Shown here: positions 1-10,493 of the stretch, one piece after another
Position numbering within the stretch: position 1 is the first letter of the stretch
Layout of the letters: every line of letters begins with the position of its first letter
Assembly (NCBI GenBank): GCA_002269645.1
Contig: NIVC01000126.1
Coordinates: forward strand, 744,001 to 808,000
Source: Macrostomum lignano
Taxonomy: Eukaryota
DNA length: 64,000 nucleotides
Direction: 5' to 3'
Translations under genes and position numbers: made by a program
The notes under the pieces: generated by a model
What the model saw: only the letters and a program-made list of their open reading frames with translations
Databases searched by the model: none
Told to the model about the DNA's origin: nothing

Positions 1-186
1 GCGATGTCAACACGAAAAACCGGACCCTTTACGCCTAGTAAAACTTGTAGATTATAAAGCTTAATAGTTTAAAAAGCTTACTCAGCTACATTGTTTTATC
101 GTATTTTTATAAAACCTAGTTTGACAAGCTGACAAAGTGATTACAGATTAATGAATCAATTTATTCTCCGATAATTTTGTTTTCAG

Positions 187-854
187 CGTCATCGCTCCAC
201 TCGAAGCGGTGGGCCTGTTGGTCTGGTGGGGCTTGAGCTGATCCGCAGCACCGCGGATGAGGCACCAGGCAATCGCTGGTACGACTACGGCGTTGAGACC
301 TTTGTCACCGTCATCACTGAGGTCAGTTGCTACGATGCCATACTCAAAGCGCCTTGAAAATGACTTTTCGTCTTAAGTTAGGACAAATTTAGTTGGTACG
401 ACTTATGAAGCACTAAGTGGTTAGCAAACTACGAGTCAATCCTTTGGTTTTAAGCAAGAACTGTTAAATTTTAAGTTCGATTCTAGAGCATTATACTGAT
501 CTTGAGAGTTTAAATGGAGGATGTCGCATGCGAACTACCTAGAAAAGTAGTATTAGCCGCTGTCATTTACTGAAATAGTAAAATTTACTGAATTCATGTG
601 CCATCTTTCAATTCGTACTATTCTTTATTTCGCAGTGGGTTGCGCTGCTGCTGCTGCTATTGTTTGTCAACGTTCTTGTCTATTACCTGCGACCATCCTG
701 GATGAGGGAGGACACGGACGAGTCCAAGTACGCCAATGGCGAGGGCCAATTCGAATTGAAGTCGTCCGGTGCCTATTCACGACCGTTCGAGCCCGGGGCG
801 GTCAACTCGGCCTACGTTAACAGCAACGAGAATCTGTCCGATGTCAAGTACTAA
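187..854 (+). CDS. 3' end of an SLC6/NSS-like (sodium:neurotransmitter symporter family) membrane transporter; last two exons, 187-321 and 636-854
   Basis: Acceptor tttcag at 181-186, donor GAG|gtcagt at 321/322, acceptor tttcgcag|TGG at 635/636, TAA ending 854. The joined reading VIAPLEAVGLLVWWG/LELIRSTADEAPGNRWYDYGVETFVTVITE|WVALLLLLLFVNVLVYY gives two TM helices resembling TM11-TM12 of invertebrate NSS transporters. It needs one extra base in the G run near 229-231. The family call is from recalled similarity only. Confidence 0.6.
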
Positions 855-1559
855 TGATGAAATTGCCTTGTTGTATAATATATAATATCCTCTATAACTG
901 ATTCGATTGGGAATGAGTTGGATGCGTGTAATTAGTCTACCGTGTAATGTTTTTGGAAGGCTGGAACAAAATTGTCAGCATTATGAAAAGTCGCCTCCAA
1001 TTGCTCCAGTAAGCAACATCTCACAGTCTACATTGCCGAGACATGCATTACATAATCACAACGCTGAGCAATAGGATGTAACACAATGATAGCATCGTTT
1101 CACTTTTTTATTAACATTATTGTTAAAGGGTGACAGGGTGACGGCTTTACAATTTTGCTGAGTAGATTTTCCTAGGTATGAATACTTTCTATTGGCAGAG
1201 CATGGGAAGAATATAATTTTGGAGATTACGCAGTCGTCGCAGTCTTAGCTATGGCTAATCTGCAATTCAAGCTGTAACTGTGTTGCTTTTCTCTGCGTTT
1301 CGGAATGTAATGTTTCTGATTAACTCGCGTTTTTTTCAAATTAAAAATAAATCGATCAATAATAAATATCTTGTCCTCAAGGATGGCAGAATCCGCAAAA
1401 TAATAATTTTTTGAAGGGTTTTTCTTGAATTAAATTTATCGCAGTGTTTAGTAGTTCTTAATATATTTTCTCTTTCAGTATTTAAAGGAATTGTGCGTAT
1501 CATAAAGTATTAATAGTAATAATTGATTACGCCTTGCCCTGTTGGATAGTTGTGTCGCC

Positions 1560-1692
1560 ACACACACACACACACATCCTCAATTACCCCATAATAATCC
1601 TGGTGCCCATTTTACAGCTTGGTGAACTGATGAAGCAATGCAGAGTTGAGTGTCTTGCTCAAGGACACAAATTTAAGTGAGTCGAACCCCTA
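1560..1692 (-). mobile_element. tRNA-derived, CORE-like SINE fragment
   Basis: Minus strand reads B-box GGTTCGACTC (plus 1679-1688), then GTGTCCTTGAGCAAGACACT...CTGTAAAATGGG (CORE-domain-like) and a (TG)n tail. A related copy lies at about 5440-5545. Confidence 0.55.
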
Positions 1693-2399
1693 TTAATAAA
1701 ACGCCAACAATATGCTACATGCGATATGCGATACGGAATTGTGTAAGTCATTTCGATATTTTAGATAATTTTAGGCAGCTTCTGCAAACTTAAAGTTCGA
1801 CACAGAAACGAACGCTTCCAGGTTAGACTAAACTCTATAAAAGCCCACCTTTGCTTATATAACTGCCTAGATTGCATTATCTACAAGAATGCTGATGATT
1901 TACAATACCTGTTACTGCATGCGCTGTAGACTTTTCTTCTCCCCCTCAAACTGTTTATCTCTCTGTAGTTTGGGTCAATTGTCCAAAGTCATTTACCAAA
2001 ATTACAAATCAAGCTTACGCACTACGAGCGTAAAGTATGACAAATCTATCCGCCTATTCGCTTCATTATTTTTCATGCTTCATTTTTTTCCTCTGTTTCA
2101 GCATTCGAGCTAGCTCTATGTGGCCTGACAAACAGTAAATCATGTAGAGTTGGTAGTAGTGACGTTTTCTTTCACGATTTAATTATTTAAAGCTTGCTCG
2201 AATGGTTTGCTTTATATAGGAGTGTTAAAACACAAAGCATGCTGATTAAATAATTGGGAAGTGATGTTTTATTTAAGCAGGGAGCAGGTGAAGAGGGATA
2301 CTGGCTAACAGAACGGGTTTATCAAAGAAAAAAATAAAACGGCAAGAACTGCATGTCGTGTCGAAATGTTCCAAAGAGATTTCGTCATTAATTTTAGCG

Positions 2400-5300
2400 T
2401 CAGTTTTCTTCAACTCTGTTCGAGTTGTTTTCATTTAGCTCAATGTGCTCCTCCAACTCAAGGGTCCGCTGGGCCTGACCGCCCCCTCGCTGCCACCAGG
2501 GCGATATGAATATCTGCGCGAACGTGTCTCGAAACTGCTTCGACATGGAGGTGTACAGCACGAAGTTACAGCTATTATTCACCAGCGAAAGCAGGTCTAG
2601 AACGTCACCGAGCGGTTCGTACACATTCTTTTGAAAGGAGGCCATGATAAAACACATCAACGACATGACGCCTTGCGGCAGTTCAGTCACCCAGAAGATT
2701 ATCACGATAGCCAGCAGCATCCTAGTTGTGCGCTGTTCCCTCCGATCGTTGCGCTGCTCTCGTCTGGACGCTTCGCCCGCTTGGGCTTTGTTTAGTAGCA
2801 TCCTGCGCCTCTTGGCCGCCTTGGACAGCTGCGAGATGAGCAGCACGGTCATCAGAGACAGCAGTCCGCACGGCAAGATTTTGTAGGCAATGGCGATAGT
2901 CCAGTAGTTGGACATTACCAGAGCTTTTGGCAGTGAAGCCGGTGTGCTGATAAAGTAGACTGTTGCGTTGTCATGATCAGCGGATATGCAGTATGCGGCC
3001 TCGTTCATCAGGTAGTTCGGCGCCGTGCTAAGCGTCAAAACGATCGTGATCCCGGCGATGCTGATGTACGCATTCTTGATGCTGGCCAGGGTAACGCCTC
3101 TGGTTGGCAGGGCAATGTACAGATAGCGAAATATGGCCAGAGTCACGGTTAACCAGCTGGCTATTGTGTGAAGAACCAGAACCTGCGACAGAGAAGGCGA
3201 GTAGTAAATGAATGCGAGTAGACAACTTCTGGGTTTTTACAAGCGTCAGAGTCACTGCGCTAGTTCAAAACCAGGATAAAAAATATACCGACATCTCTAC
3301 TCTACTCTTTACATTTCTTAACCTCCCTGACCCGCAGAAGTTGCAGAAGACTGTTGATTTTGCTTACAGATTATTCAAATTTGACACGAGTAGCTTCTAG
3401 TGGTCCTTGATCGGATGTTGATGGAAGTCTTCAAATCCAGCGAATCCGAATAGTTAGAAACTTATTGACCATTCAAAAAAGATGAATTACAGAATTTTGA
3501 AGCTTAAATTATATGTTACCAAGCAGTTTGGAAAAAGCAGGGTGCTTTTTTATCATCCTGAGTCCAAATTCAGGATACAAAAAAATCACAAGAAGCCCAG
3601 GATGACTGACATATTTTAAATCTCAAGCGTAAGTCTGCAAAGCTACGAGATTCTATCGATCATCGATGGTGTAAAAGACCCCAGTCAACCAATTCATCGC
3701 GAAAGTAACAATACAACCCACTGGGGATTCTAATGGATTTCCAATGTTAACTATTAATTTCTTTATTGTTCAAAGCAAATAAATTGTGTCGTGCAAAACA
3801 TCTGCGGCAATTATTTCGCATTCCGGACGATTCCGTTTGCGAATATGCGCTTTTTTTAACGCCGAAGTTGCTGCCGAGAAACATAAAGAAATGGGTCTTA
3901 CACTACGTATAATGATGGATGGAACAGATAGCAGCTAAGGGTATCATTTTCACATTTCAGTGCGAAAATGATTTGTCATAGCGCAGACGCATAGGGCTGT
4001 GTTTCTTCTAATCCTACGATGCAGAATTATACTGCATACTGCTTGCCCGCTTGCTGCAATATCTGCGCTCGACCCAAAGCCAGCCCTGATCCACCCCCCT
4101 GTAAAAATCCAGCCTTTGTGGATGTCTTTTCGCACATTTTCAGCTTTCCCAGCTAAAAATAGTTCCGGGCTGCAGTGTACCAATAGTTTAGCCGCGGTCC
4201 ATCTTTGCTGGGACCTGCTGAGGCACTTTGCTAATAGAACCCGGGCCAGTTTATCCAGACAAAAGTCCACCCACCTGCCGATTGAAGTCGCAGGCATGGC
4301 AGAAAAACTGTCAACCCAGTGTTTTGTTGCCCAGTTTCTGTAGTAGCTTTTTTTGTACAGAATTTTATTTGAGCTGATTTACTTACGAGCCGTACATGCA
4401 CTTGGGAAAGCAATGTGCTACTATGATATTTTCTAATGTCTGAGCGGAGGGTATTGACTATACTGGCCATAAATAATGAGCAATAATATAATAATCGATT
4501 ATACCTCCCTTAATGGGCAGATGAGCAACCGAAAGGGGGTTTTCACTAGGCCGAAATTTCACTTTGCCGAAAGCATCTTCCTTCACAAGGCCGAAACTTC
4601 ATTAGGCCGAAACTTCACTTTGCCGAAAAATCATTTTAGCTGCCTCTTTCACTAGGCCGAAACTTCACTTTGCCGAAATGACTAGCACGCTCTTTCATAA
4701 GGCCGAAACTTCATTAGCCGAAACTTCACTTTGCCGAAAAATCATTTTAGCAGCCTCTTTCACTAGGCCGAAACTTCACTAGGCCGAAACTTCACTAGGC
4801 CGAAACTTCACTAGGCCGAAACTTCACTAGGCCGAAACTTCACTAGGCCGAAACTTCACTAGGCCGAAAGTTCACTTTGCCGAAAAATCATTTTAGCAGC
4901 GTCCTTACTATGGTCGAAAGAGGATGTGAACTTAAGCCTCCAAAATGGAACCGCAAGCAGTGACGATTTCTCTGCACCAGTTTCTTTATTTTGACCTAAG
5001 TGTTACTGCTACTAAAGTGGGAGCACGATATGGTCACTCAGTTTTTTGTATGGAATATTTTTGACATTTCTGACTTCATTTGGGGATGAACTCTGATTGG
5101 TTATTATTTTCATTGCATTTTCTGTCTCAGTCGGATGGAATTTTAAGTTATAGAGTGTTTGTATGTTTTTTATGGCTCCTTTGAAAGCATGCAGATTTGC
5201 CTGGATTCCGATTCGTAGAGTATGCATGGCTCTAAGATTCACTTTAATGTTATTACGCTCGTATGTTAGTTTCGGCCTAGTGAAGTTTCGGCCTAGTGAA

Positions 5301-5941
5301 AGAGAGTGCTTTTCGGCGAAGTGAAATTTCGGCCTAATGAAAGCGCCCCACCGAAAGCTCACCCGCAGCTATTGTGCGACGCATCTGAAGGCTGCGTACG
5401 GCTGTTCAGTCCAAGGACTGGGGGGTTGCTACATACACCCTCAATTTCCCCAGCTAATGCTGGCACCCATTTTACAACTGGGTGAACCGAAGCAATGCAG
5501 AGTTAAAATCTTTCTCAAGGACAAAAAATGTTCCGAGTGGGTCGGGAAAAAACAAGCGCCTATACTCACCACACTGATAGTGAACAGAGAATATAGTATC
5601 CACGGATAGGACAGCGTGTGCGGCTGGTGAAGCCCCACAGCTGGCGACATGACAGTGAAGTGTAGCAAGTGGAAAAAGTAGAAAAACATTGTAAACATAT
5701 CGGCAACAGCCACGGCAATTAAGATGACGTTGACGGACGAAATCATTGTGCGCCGAGTAAGCACAACTATGCTGGCCAGGTTGGCAACGACTCCGAATAC
5801 GCACAATGCGGCGCAGAGGTACCCGTGCACTGGCCGGTAGGCGGCTTGGAACGTTGCCAGGCCTTTGTAGAGCGGCTCTTCCGTAATGGAATGATTCCAA
5901 CAATTGGACGCATTGTCAACTGAGCTGGTGGCAGCACCCAT
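2400..5941 (-). CDS. Class A peptide GPCR, myosuppressin receptor/DMSR-like; exons 5941-5570 and 3182-2400, about 384 aa
   Basis: Exon 1 encodes MGAATSS...VHGYLCAALCVFGVVANLASIVVLTRRTMISSVNVILIAVAVADMFTM (TM1-2). Donor GTG|gtgagt at 5570, acceptor cag|GTT at 3182. Exon 2 encodes VLVLHTIASWLTVTLAIFRY (TM3), RTTRMLLAIVIIFWVTELPQG (TM6) and NNSCNFVLYTSMSKQFRDTF (TM7/H8). The splice is phase 0 and in frame. Confidence 0.9.
4536..5349. mobile_element. Foldback/MITE-like non-autonomous DNA transposon, 814 bp, 8-bp TSD
   Basis: Direct repeat ACCGAAAG at 4528-4535 and 5350-5357. Termini GGGG..TTTCACTAGGCCGAAATTTCAC are inverted. Arms are built from the 16-bp unit GGCCGAAACTTCACTA (left about 4546-4870, right about 5268-5349). 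Lies in the GPCR intron. Confidence 0.8.
5440..5545 (-). mobile_element. Second CORE-like SINE fragment
   Basis: ggcacccattttacaactgggtgaaccgaagcaatgcagagtt...ctcaaggaca aligns with 1600-1670. Confidence 0.5.
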
Positions 5942-7794
5942 GTTGTCAAGCGCTTTCTTTTCTTGTCTCAATCGAGTCTGTAAATTTGTTAAAATGATTT
6001 GAAGTTCAATTTCATCATTTTCTCATCTAATTACTTATGCAGGCTGGGACATGAAAGGAGAAGCTCTCGTCTATGCTATGGGAGTAACAACATCAACAGA
6101 GGGCGTAAGAAGTGAAATCACGGAAGTAGGCTGTCAGTCCCACGGCTTCTTTGTGAGTGTCCTAAATCAGTTGCAGCAGCGTCCTGAATCCTGATTTGTG
6201 ACGCGCAAAAGTGTCAAGAAATATCCAACTATGAATCGTCGCTTGTCCCTGAATCGCGAGCGCTTCTTCAATTAAAAATTACTTAAGGAAGGGGAAGAGA
6301 CCAGAAATAATCCCCGCAACGGCTAAAATAGTTGCTTCAGCCGTTGATTAACCCAACCCTGAACCAGCCGTATGGGGAGCGGAGAAACGAGTGGATAAGG
6401 AATGATTTCTCGCCGTTCGCCTAACTCGGCTTGACTGAATCCATAGGCTTAGCGATGCGGTTTGTTCAAGCACGTGTTTAGGTGTCTAATCTGGTGTCCG
6501 GATTCACCAACTGGACTCAAGCCGATTTTCTCAACCACCCTTGCCAACTTAATCCCTTTTCTTCCCTTCCAGCTACTTGAACTCGGGCTGAATGCCTCTC
6601 AAAGAAACCCTTTCGTTCTGGCCTCTCCAATGCTACAATTGCCTTGCGCTGGCTTGAACGAACCGGATTGCATTTTGGAGACTAAACTCCAAAACAGTAT
6701 CGTTCTTTTCTGTCTCGCTTACAGGCATGTAGCTCGTAGCACGTCTATCCGGATCTCCTTTCATCCCTTCGTTCGGTTTTGATTCCAGCTGCTCAAAATT
6801 TTCTCATGAGGATGGCTACATGCCCTTTGTAGCGACTTCAGTAATGTTGAGAAAAAAATAGTTTCGCAGCTTCCTACAGAGCCAAGACCTATCTCTCAAT
6901 ATGTACTTCTCTGAAATTCATCACAGCTGCAGACAGGGTGATTGCAATTGACAGCCAATAAGTGCCATTGTATTGTGTGGACTTTTCTCTGACTCACAAG
7001 TCCGCATGTCCAATATCAGTAAATCAGTGCTACGAGACGACAAATTTCTGAGGTCGTTTCCATCGAATGCTGAATGGAGCATACATGTATCGCTGATTTA
7101 TTTTTCCTCTCGCTTTGCCCACAACCAGAGAGCGTCTTGACTCTACAATTTCCTGTTTTTCTCTCTCTTCAATTTCAATGATTTAAACTGTTCAGTAGCT
7201 TCAGTATGTTAACTTGCAGATTACTACTAAATGAGATTAAAGTTTCGTGTTGTATAGCTTGCATACGAAATGAGTTATGGTTACTACGTTCGTAGCTATA
7301 GTCCTAATCCTAATCATGATCATAGCTATCCGATGCATTAGTTATTAGTTTCGATCAAGCCTATTGAAAATACGTAACCTTACGCCTCAATTTATTTCAT
7401 AATCCACGCAAAACATTTATTGATCACCGTTTCATCGACTGTACTGGTAGATCGAGGCGCTATCGGAATGCTTCTTTATGTTGATCAGACAGCTTCTTAG
7501 CTCTGCTATGGGCTCAGCAATCTATATAAATACTGAGCAGTTGTTGATTGCAAATTAGTTTATTAGCTATATAGCAAACCTGTTTTAAGCGCTGATGTAT
7601 TTAGTTAAGAGTTCATGATGATAACACTGTTTCTTTAGCAGAGCAATTTGTACTATCTAGATGGGGCCGATCATTCATCGATATTATACATGTAGCTAGC
7701 TTTATCGCAGCCAATTCACTCCGTATCGCTTAATCTCGTTCAACCCAACTCCAACTCTTCTTTGATATCTTAATTACTTTCACTTTCCTTAATT

Positions 7795-8150
7795 TCTCTC
7801 CCGCTTGATCTCTCTCTCCCGCTTGATCTCTCTCCCGCTTGATCTCTCTCCCACTTCATCTCTCTCCCGCTTGATCTCTCTCCCGCTTGATCTCTCTCCC
7901 GCTTGATCTCTCTCTCCCGCTTGATCTCTCTCTCCCGCTTGATCTCTCTCCCGCTTGATCTCTCTCTTCCGCTTGATCTCTCTCTTCCGCTTGATCTCTC
8001 TCTCCCGCTTGATCTCTCTCTCCCGCTTGATCTCTCTCCCACTTGATCTCTCTTTCTTCCACTTGATCTCTCTCTCCCGCTTGATCTCTCTCTCCCGCTT
8101 GATCTCTCTCTCCCGCCTGATCTCTTTCCCCCGCTTGATCTCTCTCTCCC
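7795..8150. repeat. 16-18 bp minisatellite (CTCCCGCTTGATCTCT)
   Basis: About 20 tandem copies with variable CT length; source of the spurious GRERSS/SRLISL ORFs. Confidence 0.95.
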
Positions 8151-8827
8151 TTTCTAAAAAATTAATATCTTCAAATTTAAATTTAAGAGCTACATGATTT
8201 CAATGGTGAAGCATTGAAACTTAACAATCACGAATTCCTATACTATAACAAAAGTTTATAATGAGTAACCATAAAGCATTTTTTGATAAATTAGATTTAC
8301 AGGAAAGAAGAATAAAAATTCGAGTCGCAAAGCAAAAAGCAAAATTTGTTTAAATATAATTTTTTCCAATTTTTGTTGAAATTCATATTCATTCCTGTTT
8401 CCACGAAAAGATACGAGCTAATTAATTTAAGCGTTAGGAACCGGTAACATACTTTTTTTCCTATTCATAATTAACAAGACAGCCGTGAATACACAAATGA
8501 AACCATCTCGACCCTCATGGGCATGCAGATAAAAATTCTGTCTGCAACTAAATTAATTTCAGTAATAAAAAATTATTGCTAAGCTTGTTTTCAGTAGTGT
8601 GGACTCACATTTTTTGAGTTGAAATTCTCGGAGCTCCGCTTTGGTCCCGCGAGGACGCCTGTACTGCCTGTATCGTCTCCACTTCTGTCAGCTGTGCCCC
8701 AGGCTAAATGCCATTTTGGCCAGCCTGTATACGGGCAGCTCTCTAGCACTCTGGATAATAAAATCATAACCCCTACCGTTGAGCCTCTCTGATTGGCTGT
8801 TCGCCATCGTGACGCCGAATGTCGCGG

Positions 8828-9310
8828 TTTAGGTTAGTTTTAGGATCTGGGGGTTTACATTTAGGTTAGGTTTAGGAGCTGTGGGTTTAGGTTAGGTTTA
8901 GGAGCTAGGGGTTTTGGTTTAGGTTTAGGATCTAGGGGTTTAGGTTTAGGTTTAGGTTTAGGAGCTAGGGGTTTTGGTTAGGTTTAGGATCTAGCATTTT
9001 AGGTCAGGTTTCGGATTTGGATGTTTAGGCTAGGTTTAGGGGCTTGGGGATTTAGGTTACGTTTAGGATCTAGGGGTTTAGATCAGCGTTTCGGTTAGTG
9101 TTTAAGTTAGTATATATTTAGGTTAGGGTTAGGTTCAGGGTTTAATTTAAGGTTCGGGCTTAGGATTAGGGCTAGGGTTTAGGTTATTGTTAGGTTTAGG
9201 TTTGGGTTTAAGTTATTGTTAAATGGTTTAGATTAGAAATAGGGTTAGAGTAGGTTTGGGATTTTGCTTTAGGTTAGAGTTAGAGTTTTATGTTAGGGTT
9301 CAGGCTAGAT
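8828..9310 (+). repeat. Degenerate telomere-like array (TTAGG/TTAGGG/TTTAGG variants)
   Basis: Dense ggtttaggttag/ttagggttagg motifs, with a longer sub-unit ggtttaggagctaggggtttt/ggtttaggatctaggggtttt. Confidence 0.8.
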
Positions 9311-10139
9311 TATTCCTAGGGGTCAGCAGGAAGTCAATTGTCGCTGACCCGGTCAAGTTCAATCATTTGAGACTTCCAATGCTTCTGAAATTGAACATCA
9401 AACAGGGTTTTCGACCCGACAATAGAGGCAAGGCACACGCTCACACAGGATGCACAGCTCGAGGCTCTATCTGTGCCACGATGGTTGGTGAATGAATGAC
9501 ACGACAAGCCCCAGGCCAACTTTCATGCTCACGATCCCCAAATTAATGTGGCGGCAATCTCAGCCCGGGATGAGTTTCTGTAGATTAGTTTATAGGTGCA
9601 AATGGGTTTAATGTGTCAAAGCATATGCATATATACTCGTAACGATATGTATGGTTGTAGGAACCGACAGAATTTTTACAAGCACTTTGTCGCTATACGA
9701 TGAAGTGAGCTGGCTCTGACAGTTCTAGACAAAAATTTTGCTTTATGCAACTTTGCACTATTAGCAGTTTCTCCTAGTTCGTGTTTTGCTTTAGATCTTT
9801 AGCATGGAGAAGAAGAGGCAAAATAAAAAAGAACGTCAATGGGCCTAAATGTAGTTGGCTCGTCTGTAAAGCGCGAGCTCTCTGCCAATTTCTCTTCTTC
9901 TCGCTACTTAAGTGTTCGCTCTGGATCTCCTTAATGCCTTCTTCCTTTTCAGCACTGCTGAAGAGCCGTCGCTTGTTAAACAGAAGTCTCCTGCATTTGG
10001 AATTGGCTGACTGCAAATCCTGTCAGCATCGCAAGTGATGATGCCCTCTGTCTGGGCTAATTTCTAGCTCTGGGAATTTCAGCTTAACTTTATAGACTTG
10101 CGATTGTAGGTATTTATGTGTGTCATGCATGTGTGCATT

Positions 10140-10262
10140 GTCTGTCTTTCTGTCTGTCTGTCTGTCTGTCTGTCTGTATGTCTGTCTGTCTGTCTGTGTG
10201 TGTGTCTGTCTGTCTGTCTGTCTGTGTGTCTGTCTGTGTGTCTGTCTGTGTGTCTGTCTGTG

Positions 10263-10325
<63 letters not shown>

Positions 10326-10463
10326 GTGTCTGTCTGTGTGTCTGTCTGTCTGTCTGTCTGTCTGTCAGAGTGTCTGTGTGTCTGTCTGTGTGTCTGTCTG
10401 TCTGTGTGTCTGTCTGTCTGTCTGTCTGTCTGTCTTAGTGTCTGGCTGTCTGTCTGTCTGTCT
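10140..10463. repeat. (TCTG)n / (GACA)n microsatellite
   Basis: Tandem tctg with tgtg variants; source of the SVCLSVCL ORFs. Confidence 0.98.
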
Positions 10464-10493
10464 TCCCTTTTGAGCTTAACTTCCAATATACTA

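Noticed and set aside
1620-1670. Hammerhead ribozyme (CTGATGA here; CTGAAGA in the 35-bp satellite; TTGATGAG...GAAA in the 29-bp satellite)
   Set aside because: I could not build stem II closed by GAAA together with stems I and III in any of them. A descriptor-based search such as RNAMotif or Infernal would settle it.
3950-4470. Overlapping 80-115 aa ORFs in the GPCR intron
   Set aside because: No recognisable motifs, and ORFs on both strands suggest chance.
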